Source of the DNA: the human T2T-CHM13v2.0 reference genome, Homo sapiens
Assembly (NCBI RefSeq): GCF_009914755.1
Contig: NC_060944.1
DNA length: 64,000 nt
Reading direction: 5' to 3' (one strand)
The notes under the pieces were generated by a model. That model was not told the DNA's origin and did not search any database. It saw only the letters and a list, made by a program, of their open reading frames with translations. Both the position numbers and the translations under genes were made by a program. Positions 1 through 11,257 of this stretch are shown here, piece after piece. The stretch's first letter is position 1. The number at the start of each line of letters is the position of its first letter.

Positions 1-439
1 TACAAAATTTAAAGATTTCAAAACTAAAATATTTCTAAAATACCAAAATGAACAGTAATCAATGTAACAATTACTCATCTATTCACCAACAAGAATGGTC
101 ATACACTGATATTTGACATATTTTATTCAGATCTTATTCTTTTTCATTTTAAGAAAATAAACCAATGTAGATAGAGATGAAGTCTTACTTTGGCCCTCCT
201 CTCCCCTTCTTTCATTTCCCAGAGGTACAGCCAGGGAGGTTGGGTTTTGATTCTAGTCATACACTCTGGTGAGGGGCTGCATCTGCTCCAAGAAGCTGGT
301 TTACCTTTTAACATTTTGTTCAAAGGATTTTTATTGGCTAACAGAAACCCTGATAAGTTTTTCTCCCCAGCCCCACCACCTCCCCTTCCTCTAATCCTGA
401 GAAAACTACAGTTCCCTACCTACTTTTTCACTCTATATA

Positions 440-765
440 TGTATCTATAGCAAGAGCATTATTGTTTTATATCCTTAACATTTTCCATGAATTGTATATT
501 TGTATTTAAGTATAAATAAACATACTTAAAGTATACTTCCAGTATTTATTATTGATAAGACAAGTTATACTATGATATTATTTTCCAACTTGCATTTTCA
601 TAAAACATTATGATTTCAAGATTCATCCAAACTGATACCTATAGATCAAATTTCATCATTTAATGCTATTATGATATTATATAAAATATGTACAATTTTG
701 TTATTCATTTCCCTATCAATACACACTTAGGTTGTTGGTAATTTTCAATTTTACTATGAATATTG
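440..765 (-). mobile_element. Old L1M (L1MC/L1ME-like) 3' region fragment
   Basis: Degenerate antisense L1 3'-end phrases (gattcatccaaac..., ttattcatttccctatcaat...cacttaggttgtt); boundaries approximate. Confidence 0.5.
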
Positions 766-1126
766 GCACTAGGATAAAAATTTAGTAGTTCCCACCAGTT
801 TTCCCAACTTTGCTGACCTCAAGTCCTACAGTATTAATTGATTTCCACTCTTGTTAATTGCTGAGAGTCTCACCATCTTTTACCCATAATCAAAGTTTTA
901 TTCAGAATCCCATCTGAGTGTCTTTTGCTCCCTACTGGACTTGACAAATACCTGATTAATTCAGATTCTGACACTGAAACTCACATGGGGTGAGACAAGC
1001 TCTGGATGGGGAGAAGTGGAGTTGGCACAGCTGGTAGTTAAGTGTGTGCAGTCAAGTGGATTCGAGATGATGTCAGAGAGAGGAAATCTTTAAAATTTTT
1101 TTTTTGACTGCTTATCCGTATTCCTG

Positions 1127-1885
1127 TGTTATAATGGGAAGAAAAATGGTCTTTGTCTCCAGTTTCTATAATAGAGTTCCCAAAAGTCTCTCCTGAGTGC
1201 TAAGAATGTCTTTGTTATTCATTGCATGTCTTTTCTCATCACACCTAAGTTTATGCTAAGGAGGTAACTCAAGGCAGGGAAGAGGACCCTAGGTGGCTTC
1301 AGAATGGAGGCTGGTCACCAGAAAGGCCACCCTCCAATCTCTGAAGAGGGGAGTGGGGCTGGAGATTGAGTTGAATCACCAATGGCCAATGATTTAATCA
1401 ATTATTCCTAAGTAATGGAACCGTGATAAAAACTTTAAACAATGAGATTTAGGAGCTTCCAGGTTGGAAAACACATAGATGTGCTGACCAGGTGGTGCAT
1501 GGGGAGAGCATGGAAACTCACCCACCCCTACACCTCACCTATGCATCCTTTCCATTTGGCTTTTCTTAGGCTATATCCTTCATAATAAAACTGTAATTGT
1601 AAGAGTGATACTTTCCTGAGTTCTGTGCATTGTTCTAGAGTATTATAAAACCCAAGGGGGTTGTGAAAACCCCATAATTTATAGTAGGCAGAAGCACAAG
1701 TAGTCTAAAGTTCCCATTTGTGACTGGCACCTGAAGTGTGTGCAGTCTAGTGGGACTGAGCCCTTAAATTGTGGGATCTATTTTATCTCTGGATGGTTAG
1801 CGTCAGAATTGAATTGAATTGTTGGATACTCAGTTGGTGTTAAAGAGTTGAAGAATTGGTTTCTCCTTGTAAAACCAAACACACC
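1127..1885 (+). mobile_element. MER21-family solo LTR (MER21C-like)
   Basis: Diagnostic ggctggtcaccagaaag, ggagattgagttgaatcaccaatggccaatgatttaatcaat, gagcttccaggttgg, gtgggactgagcccttaa, gtcagaattgaattgaattg. Confidence 0.85.
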
Positions 1886-2429
1886 CTTAGTAGAGCAAGC
1901 ATAAGTTTAATGGATAAGTACAATGTCTGATCCATTCACCATTGAATACTTAGCACTAGATAATGATATATGTACAATAAACCTCTTATTTTATAAACCA
2001 TGTTGGTCTGAGGACAATTTAGAGAAATCAGCTAGCATATTTAAGGGACTAGAAAGACATATAACCTACAGTGCTATTGTAGTATTGTAGTCCATGAAAC
2101 ATGAAACGTGAAATATTATTGGGGAAAAAAAGTTTTGCTCAATAGATTCTTCAATACTCTACTAATCCAGATAATAATAGAAAAATAGGAAGTTACAAGG
2201 TTATTACCTATCTTTAAGAAAACATTGTGAAAATTTGTATTTACTCTCAATTTTAGAGGTTTAAATGAGAATCGTAAATGATGAATATTTAACCTGGAAA
2301 AGGAGAATAAGGCAGAATAAAAAGGATGGAAGAAAGAAGGTGACCTTAAACTTTAGTGCCCAAAAAATACTGGATGGGCCACTATGATTCCAGTACTACA
2401 ATTTTTCACTTGCATTGACATTCACGGAA

Positions 2430-2551
2430 TATCCAACAATTCAATGCAATTCTGACGCTAACCATCCAGAGATAACATAAACCCCACACCCACAAGTTAA
2501 GGGCTCAGGCCCACCAGACTGCACACACATCGGGTGTCAGTCACAAAGGGG
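2430..2551 (-). repeat. Inverted copy of 1713-1828 (MER21 3' part)
   Basis: Reverse complement aligns to 1713-1828 with ~11 mismatches and one 6-bp indel (manual alignment). Confidence 0.85.
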
Positions 2552-3141
2552 ATGCACAAGGACAGAGAAATGCTAAAATAATATAAGAGCTGTTATTTAT
2601 TTAACAGTATATGCTTTTATATTTGGTTTGCTGGCTAACCCTTCACTTTATGCTTTATTTTGGCCCATTTGTAAACTGGAGGTAAGAATAGCTCTCTTTT
2701 CCTGGAAATACCATAAACTCAACAAAACATAAACAGTAACGTTTCCAATAATTTTTCTTTAAAACGATCACTACTATAATTCATTGAGTTAAAATGACTT
2801 AAAATTAAATCTTATAAATAATAACTATTAAAAATTTACTTACCCAAAATACTGTCTTCTATAACATTTTATGTACCTAAACACCTGTCCTAATTTATTT
2901 TTTCCCTTTTATTGCTAATCTTTTAATAATCACAAAACCTGAATCCACTTCTACCATCTTCTCTTCCCTTACAACAAGCTGATTGTTGGAAGGTATAAAT
3001 TTTGTTGCTTCCATGTCTCCAAATTGAATGGCCTCCCCCTCTTCCCCACTACTGGTACATTATTCAAGGCCTTGTTGCCTCTCACTCAACTAATACAAAA
3101 CTTTCCTACCTGTTCCCCTTATCACAAGTCTCTTCCTGTTC

Positions 3142-3304
3142 TGTATAAACTGAATAATTCTGTTCCCCGAAAAGTCACAGGTTGATATCCTAAACCCCAC
3201 ATGTGATATTAGGAGGCGAGGTCTTTAAGAGGTGACTAGCTCATAAGGGTGGAGCTCGCATGAATAGAATTAGTGACATTATAAAAGACAGCCCATATGA
3301 GCTG
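3142..3304 (+). mobile_element. MLT1A/MLT1A0 MaLR LTR, 5' half (interrupted by L1MA)
   Basis: ggtctttaagaggtgactagctcataagggtggagctcgcatgaatagaattagtgacattataaaaga; colinear with the 5' half of the intact MLT1A copy at 60614-60985. Confidence 0.8.
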
Positions 3305-4248
3305 GGGCCCACTCAACCTGCTGCTATCACCATAGCTGGCACCCACCCACATGCACCAACTGTGAGTTTGGGAACTGACCTCCCCAACCCAGTGCAGCCA
3401 CCACTAATACCAGTGCAGACCTCTCTGATCCCAGAGGGTTGTCCTACCACTGCTACTGTCATTGCCCATGCTACATCCACTGTCAAGGGCTTGAGAACCT
3501 GCCACTCCACTCAACCCACTGGTGCCATTCTTGGCACTAAAGTAAGCCACCAGGAGGCCCGAGAATTAGCCTACCTGGATTCAGTAATACCAGTGCCAAC
3601 ATACACTGCCCTGGGGCTCAAGGACAGGCACACTTAGCCCAGTAAAACTGAATCAGCAATAAAAGTCTCCCAATAGAGAAAAGTCCAGGACTGGATGGCT
3701 TCATTGCTGAATTCTACCAAACTTTCAAAGAAGAAATAATACCACTTCTTCCCAAACTATTCCAGAAAAGTGAAGAGGAAGGAATTCTCCCTGATTCATT
3801 CTATGAGGCCAGAATTACCTGGGTACAAAAACCAGACAAGGATGAAACAAAAACAAACAAAAAAACTACCAGCCAATATCCCTGATGAAGACAGATGCAA
3901 AAATTCCCAACAACTTGCTGGCAAACAAAATCCAAAAGCATATTACAAAAATAATACACCATGGTCAAGTGGAATTTATCCCAAGGATGCAAGGATTGAT
4001 ACATGAATCAGTAAATGTGATATATCACAGCAACAGAATGAAGAACAAAACCTCAATAGCTGAAGAAAAAGCATTTGATAAAATTCAATATCCTTTCATG
4101 ATAAATACTGTCAACAAGCTAGGCAAAGAAGGAACATACCTCAACATAATAAAGACCATATATAACAAACCCACAGCTAACATCATACTGAACAGGGAAA
4201 AGCTGAAAGTCTTTCCTCTAAGAACTGGAACAAGAAAAGGATGCCCAC

Positions 4249-4288
<40 letters not shown>

Positions 4289-7080
4289 TATACTTTAAGT
4301 TTTAGGGTATATGTGCACAACGTGCAGATTTGTTACATATGTATACATGTGCCATGCTGCTGTGATGCACCCATTAACTCGTCATTTAGCATTAGGTATA
4401 TCTCCTAATGCTATCCCTCCCCCCTCCCCCAACCCCACAACAGTCCCCAGTGTGTGATGTTCCCCTTCCTGTGTCCATGTCCATCTCACACCAGTTAAAA
4501 TGACGATCATTAAAAAGTCAGGAAACAACAGGTGCTGGAGAGGATGTGGAGAAATAGGAACAGTTTTACACTGTTGGTGAGACTGTAAACTAGTTCAACC
4601 ATTGTGGAAGTCGGTGGGGCGATTCCTCAGGGATCTAGAACTAGAAATACCATTTGACCCAGCCATCCCATTACTGGGTATATACCCAAAGGATTATAAA
4701 TCATGCTGCTATAAAGACACATGCACACGTATGTTTATTGCAGCACTATTCACAATAGCAAAGACTTGGAACCAACCCAAATGTCCAACAATGATAGACT
4801 GGATTAAGAAAATGTGGCACATATACACCATGGAATACTATGCAGCCATAAAAAATGAGTTCATGTCCTTTGTAGGGACACGGATGAAGCTGGAAATCAT
4901 CATTCTCAGCAAACTATCGCAAGGACAAATGAGAACAGGATGCCCACTTTTATCACTCGTATTCAAAATAGTTCTGGGCATCCAAGCCAGAACAATCAGG
5001 CAAGAGAACGACATGAAAGACATCCAAATTGAAAAAGAGGAAGTAAAATGTTCCTTCTTTGCTGTTGATATAATCTTCTATCTAAAAAAATGTAGAGTCC
5101 ACCAAAAGTCTTTTAGATGTCATAAATTAATCAAACCAGGATACAATATCAAATATAAAAATCAGGGGCTTTATGTATGTCAATAATGAACTAGCTAAAA
5201 AAGAAATCAAGAGGGTAATCTCATTTGTAATAGGTAAGAAATACCTAGGAATATATTTAACAAAGGAAGTGAAAGATCTCTACAAGGAAAACTGTAAAGC
5301 ATGGGTGAAAGAAATTGAAGAGGACACATACAAATGGAAAGGCATTCCATGCACAAGGATCAGAAGAAACCTAATGTTGTTAAAATGACTATGCTGCCCA
5401 AAGCAGTCTGCAAATTCAAGGTAATTCCTATCAAAACACCAATGTCATTTTTAACAGAAATAGATTTAAAAAAATTTGTATGGAACCCAAAAGGAGACTG
5501 AATAGCCAAAGAGATCCTAAGCAAAAAGAACAAAGCTGGAGGCATCATACTACCTAACTACAAAATATATTACAAGGTTGTAGTAAGCAGAACATCATGA
5601 TAGTGGTATTAAAAACAGACAAAAACCAATGGAACAAAATTGAGAATCCAGAAATAAATCTGCCTGTTTATAGACAATGTATTTTTGACAAAAATGCCAA
5701 AAACATACATTGGGGAAAAGATGCTTTCTTCAATAAATGATCCTGGGAAAATTGGATATTTATATACAGAAGAATGAAATTATAAACCTATCTGTAACTA
5801 TAAAAAATTAACTCACAATAGATTACAGAATTAAATGAAAAACCCAAAACTATAAAACTAGTAGAAGAAAACATAGTGAAAACACTTCAGGATGTTGGTC
5901 TAGGCAAAAAAAAAAAAAAAAAAAAAAAAACTTCAAAAAATAGACAAATGGGATTGCATTAAACTGAAAAGCTTCCACACAGCAAGAGAAACAGTCAACA
6001 GAGTGAAGAGACAACCTGATGAATGGGATAAAATATTTACAAACTATTTATCTGACAAAGGGCTAATATCCAGAGTGTACAAGGAACTCAACAACAATAA
6101 CAACAACAAAATATACAAATAGTCCCATTAAAATGTGGGCAAAATACATGAATAGACATTTCTCAAAATAATACATACAAATGGCCGACATTACTAATTA
6201 TTTGGGAAATGCAAATCAAAGCTAAAATGAAATACCTTCTTTCCCAAATTAGAATGGCCATTATAAAAAAGAAAAAATAATAATAGATGCTGGCAAGGAT
6301 GCAGAGAAAAGGGAAATCTTATACACTATTTGTGGGTATATAAATTAGTACAGCCATTATGGACAACAGTATGCAGATTTCTCAAAGAACTAAAAGTAGA
6401 ACTACCATATGATCCAGTAATCTCACTACTAGGTATTTATTCAAAGGAAAAGATATGAGTATATCAAAGGCATACCTGTACTTTCGTATTTACTGTAGCA
6501 CTACTCAACGATAGCAAAGATATGGAATTAACCTAAGTGTTCATCAACAGGTGAATAGGTAAAAATAAAGTATATATACATGATGCAATAGTATTGCCCA
6601 TGAAAAATAATAAAATCATGTCATGCACAGCAACATGAATGGAACTAGAACTCATTATGTCAAGCAAAATAAGCCAGATGCAGAAAGACAATTTTTTCAT
6701 GATGTCACTCATATGTGGGAGCTAAGAAAGTTGATCTCATGGAGGTAGAAATAGAATAATAGATACCAGCATCTGGGATGAGTGTGTGGGTGGGAGGTGG
6801 GGATAAAAAGAGATTGGTCAATGGGTGAAAACATGTAGTCAAATAAAAGGTATATATTCAAATGTTCCTTAACAGAGTAGGGTAACCATAGTTAGTGACA
6901 ATACATATTTCAAAAGAGCTAAAAGAGAAGACTTTAAATGGTCTCAAAACACAGAAATGATAAATACTTGAGGTGATGGACACTCCAAATACTCTAACTT
7001 TATCATTACACATTCTGTGCATATAAAATAATATCAAATGTATCCCATCAATGTTTAAAATATTATATATCAATTTAAAA
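3305..7080 (+). mobile_element. L1MA (L1MA4-like) LINE-1: 5'UTR fragment (3305-3640) joined to 3' half of ORF2 and 3'UTR; degenerate
   Basis: ORF2 remnants in the ORF track ([17 protein letters not shown]..., KYLGIYLTKEVKDLYKEN); L1MA-type 3'UTR (gttgatctcatggaggtag...gaggtgatggacac); GC-rich L1M-type 5'UTR piece upstream. Confidence 0.9.
4251..4936 (-). mobile_element. Young L1PA (L1PA3/4-like) 3' fragment with 5' inversion, nested in L1MA
   Basis: (TAA)n tail at 4251-4290, antisense 3'UTR to 4480, sense-oriented ORF2-end segment 4481-4936; TSD AGGATGCCCACTT at 4238-4250 and 4937-4949. Confidence 0.93.
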
Positions 7081-7860
7081 AGTAGAAGAGGGAGCTCCGG
7101 GAAAAGAACAGCAAAAAACAAAATATAGCCACTATTTGTCCATATGTTTTTGACTGAGCCAATAAAGCAAGTCATTCAGTAAAAAGCTGAGTGATACTTC
7201 TGAATGTTGCATAATTCCCTATTGTTTTATTTTCAGAGGTGCTTCAGTATAAGGCTAAGAAAAAAAACTCTGTCATTTATCCTTAAGTAGGAAAGAAAGA
7301 GGAGAAACATTTCACAGGTTACCTGAGATAAATTACAAAAATAAAAATTTAAACTTTTTTGGTCGAATTAATACAATGCATTTGATTAGAAAAACATTTA
7401 TTAAATTGGTATACATATCTATGAGTCTTTAAAAATTGAAAGAAAATATTATAAGGGATATATTTGGAATAAGAATGTATGCTATGAAATTCTCTACTTC
7501 ATGAAATGAGTAACTGAATTGGTGAACTAATGAGTATTAGACTTAAGGTTATCAATCACCAGTGATCAATCATCATCTACTCCAGTTGCAGAACTGAAAG
7601 TGAATACTTGATTTCTTCCTTTTTGAATACCTTTGGGAAAGAATTTTGTCAACAGTGTGATAACATAGAAATGTGATGTTCTGCGCTTCTGATTCTCTTG
7701 ATCAGTAAGACACTGTACTAAGAAAGAGAAAAAGTGAAATTTTGAAACATGACTAAAACCTCAGATATATACATTAATATTCAACTGAACTCAGATAACT
7801 TGATTCTCCACAATATTTGAAGACTTCTTAGCAAAAAATAAAGTTTTGGACTTTGGGAAA

Positions 7861-8087
7861 AATAAAAAAGGAGAGCTCCCAGAAAGTTATATTTCCCCTT
7901 TCTGCCATGTAGGACACAACAACAAGGCACCATCTATGAACCAGAAATGTGGCCCAAACAAGTTGCCAAAACTTCCAGTGCCTTGACTTTGGACTTCGCA
8001 GCTCCAGAACTATAAGCAATAAATGTTTGTCATTTAAGCTACCCACTGTATGATATTTTTGTTATAGTAGCTCAAATGAACTAAGAT
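7861..8087 (+). mobile_element. MLT1A/MLT1A0 MaLR LTR, 3' half
   Basis: ccatgtaggacac...ccatctatgaaccagaa...ttggacttcgcagctccagaact...gttatagtagctcaaatgaactaaga. Confidence 0.85.
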
Positions 8088-8574
8088 GCTTTCTCTAATT
8101 ATTTGCTGTGGGAATATATCCTGATATAGACATAATATATTCCTTTCAGAAATATGCAATGCAATAACTACCCTGTATTCTATTAATTAATTAATTTATA
8201 ACAAATTAATGATGAATTGTCAGACTGGCACTTGTTAATTTTTAGCCTACCTTTTAAAATTTTTTTGTCATTTTTTTTTCTTTTACCAACATCCTCCCCA
8301 GGATTTCCCACTTCTAGATTTTCAATATTTTCCTATGTCTTTTATTCTCTAGTTTTCTCCTACCTATAACACCTTTCTCTTCCACTGTACAAGCCAGTCA
8401 AAACTTGATTCATACTCCAAGACCTATATTAAAGATTGTCTCACTCGTGAAGTCATTCATTAACATCCTTGGACCTAATCAGAGGACTCCTCCTTCCTTG
8501 CACTCACTTAATAAATTGAGAATCATTTTTCTTTGAGAGATTGTTACTTGTGTTCTCAAAAGTCAGTATTAGGT

Positions 8575-8790
8575 CCTTATTGAGCCTGTGGGCCTAGAGT
8601 CACTGCCTGGGTTTAGAATCTGCCTTGGCTGCTTACTGTGTGGCTCTCTTAACCTCTCTGCACTTTCATTTTCTTACCTGTAAAATAGAAATAATGAGAG
8701 AACCTTCATAGAGTTGTGGCAAGGATTAATTGAGCTAATGCTTACACAGTTTTAAAACTTTGCCTAGCATGTAGTAAATGTCAGCTGTTG
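8575..8790 (+). mobile_element. MIR SINE
   Basis: cttaacctctctgcactttcattttcttacctgtaaaatagaaataat core; tgcctagcatgtagtaaatg 3' end. Confidence 0.8.
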
Positions 8791-8842
8791 TTTACTTGTC
8801 TCCCTTCTGTCTTCCCAAATCATCACCATTTTGACTCTGTAT

Positions 8843-8874
8843 TATCTACCTATCCATCTATCTATCTATCTATC

Positions 8875-8922
<48 letters not shown>

Positions 8923-8955
8923 CTCTATCTATCTATCATCTATCTATCTATATCT
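8843..8955. repeat. (TATC)n tetranucleotide microsatellite, followed by an MLT2-like LTR 3' terminus (8956-9012)
   Basis: Directly visible repeat; gttctatttctct(g/a)gagaac occurs twice at 8956 and 8986. Confidence 0.9.
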
Positions 8956-9259
8956 AGTTCTATTTCTCTGGAGAACTATTGGTTGGTTCTATTTCTCTAG
9001 AGAACCCTAACACCCTCCCTTTCTATAATATACATTCTCAGAAGCAGTTTCTTGGTTACTTGTTAATCATCTTTCAGATCTCAGTGTGAGTTGAGTTCCT
9101 TTGTTCTACCCTTTAAATCAAAGATCAAGATTTCTGTCTCTTTGAATACTGATCTCAACTTCAGTCAACATGCAACTATTAATTAGATAACTTATTCAGG
9201 AAATATTTATTGAATTCTTGCACCACACATGGTTCCAAGCTTTGAACACATAGCAGTGG

Positions 9260-9415
9260 AACATCATCATACTATACATTGGTGTAATTACCTGATTAAT
9301 ATCTATTCACTCCTTTATATTATAAGTTTATAAAAGCAAGGACCTTGTTGTGTTACCAATGTGTCACTGAATCCTAATTCAATGCTTCAAGCGTGGTAAA
9401 CGTTAATGAATGAAT
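9260..9415 (+). mobile_element. L2 3' end fragment
   Basis: ataagttttataaaagcaaggaccttgtt...aatgaatgaat terminus. Confidence 0.55.
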
Positions 9416-9819
9416 AAGGTTTTTGAAAAGCAGGAACATTGTGTTGACCTTACTCATAGTATCTTTCACAGGACTGTGCGCATGCACACACTAGGATGTT
9501 CTACAATTCAATTAGAGTTCTGTACATTTTAATATGTGTACTGTTTTCATGTTACCTTAAGCTCCTTATGATTATGGGTACTAAATAGAGTACAATCAAA
9601 TGGCATTTCAAAATAATTAAAAGAGTTAATTTGGGGATCAGAGTTTTCTACTGGAAGAAGGATTAAATTAGTATGTATTATAGAAGGCCAGATTTCTCTG
9701 TTTAGATGAGTAATTCTTCCTGAATCAGGGTAAAAATCATGCCACTTTATAAGATGCTATAAGTCTTATGTTCCACAGGAAGGGCGGGAAAGAATCCAGC
9801 GCCCTTAAGAACTTCCTAT

Positions 9820-10005
9820 TGTCTAGGCACCTTAGGCATTAGATCTTACAAAAGCTCTGGGAGGTTGATTTTTATCATTAGATCATTTTAAGTCATGATA
9901 AGACAGAGACTTAGAGATGTTGCATAATCTTCCTTGCCTAGATCCCTAGAGTCATCTAGTAGTAAAGATGGGAATTAGAAACCAGGTCTGTTGGACAGAA
10001 GCCAA
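9820..10005 (-). mobile_element. MIR SINE
   Basis: gataagacagagacttagagatgtt...gggaattagaaaccaggtctg. Confidence 0.6.
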
Positions 10006-10151
10006 GGCCCATCCCAGTCAGTAGAATGGGAGAGATGACACACCATTTTGTCATCATTCAAATAACCCCTTTCAGGTCAGAATCTCCTAAATTCTCTAAA
10101 GAAAAGTATTACAGGAGAGTGCTGGCCAGGTGGAGAGACTCACAGAATCAG

Positions 10152-10153
<2 letters not shown>

Positions 10154-10193
<40 letters not shown>
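10154..10193. repeat. (CA)n microsatellite
   Basis: Directly visible. Confidence 0.97.
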
Positions 10194-10196
<3 letters not shown>

Positions 10197-10975
10197 TGTA
10201 TATAGACTGTATGCACTGTGTATACATATACTTCTTCAAAATATATTCCTATTATAAACTAGGGAATACAATTTGAGGAAATGTAAAAATGAACATGTAC
10301 TTTTTTTGGTTTGTGTATTTGATTGAGCCAAGCCTGGGACAGATGACCTCTGAACTGGAGTAATATGGTGTAAACAATCCCCTTGCCTTTCTGGTATGCC
10401 CCTTTCTCTTTCTCTAGACCTTCTTCTCAGAGCTCTGACTTAGCTTCTGATGTAGCTGGCAGAATTTCTTCTCTCTCATTCCCACCAAAGTATATATCTG
10501 TTGAATTGTTGAACTGGATTATGTCAGAAGCATTAATTGGAAATCATCACTCTGTAGAGAACAACAAAAACACAAAATCTCATGACCAAGGAAGAGCAAA
10601 AGAACTTGTCGGGATTTCTCGACCTCACCTCTCAGAATGTTGACAATGAACTACAACCAAAACACAACCATGGCAACAAATTAGATATTTGTTGAATCAG
10701 GCCAAGACACAGAAATATACTGCATGCCAAAATGTAAAGGTGACATGAGTGATCAAAAGAGAGGGAAAGTGAAAGGTCAAGGGAGAAACTCTCAGCATGT
10801 AGGTACAGAACCATTTCCATGAGGTCAGCTACATTCCAAAGTGGCTGCGGCACTGGATGGGAGCTGTTGGGACATGCTGCACAGCCCAAGACAGTCTTTG
10901 AAGGTTTGTACCCACCCTCGTTTCCTGGAGATTTATGAGGCCAGTTCAGACTCTGTCTTGCCAGTGCTACATCAA

Positions 10976-11031
10976 AAACATGCATCTACACTCTTCTTAA
11001 ATGAAACATACATCTATACTCTTCTTAAATG
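10976..11031. repeat. 28-bp tandem duplication (2 copies)
   Basis: aaacatgcatctacactcttcttaaatg / aaacatacatctatactcttcttaaatg, 2 mismatches. Confidence 0.9.
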
Positions 11032-11257
11032 AAATAATAGACATCACAATAAGAAGGGCTGGGTGTATAGGTCAGGCAGATTTCACTCCTCTTTATGGAT
11101 AGATTATTTTGGTAATTATAAACCGAATGGGCAGAATTAATTCATGTTTATTGAGCATTGAATTCTGGAGCCTGAAATCACAATATTGTATTTATTCTAT
11201 GTGAGTTTCTTTTTTCCTTCTTTCCTCTCTTCTTTTCTCCCTCATCCTTTCTTTTCT

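Noticed and set aside
3260-3637. 125-aa Pro/Thr-rich ORF
   Set aside because: Reads from the MLT1A LTR into the GC-rich L1 5'UTR fragment; stop-poor because of base composition.
3885-4298. 137-aa ORF ending in poly-Ile
   Set aside because: L1 ORF2 remnant running into the (ATT)n tail of the nested L1.
4602-5186. 194-aa ORF
   Set aside because: Chimera of the inverted L1PA ORF2 C-terminus and the host L1MA ORF2; a retrotransposon artefact, not a gene.
5906-5930. 25-nt poly(A) that could mark a retrocopy tail
   Set aside because: Lies inside continuous L1MA ORF2 at an A-rich site, with no upstream foreign sequence or TSD.
8788-9000. ORF with SIYL repeats
   Set aside because: Translation of the (TATC)n microsatellite.
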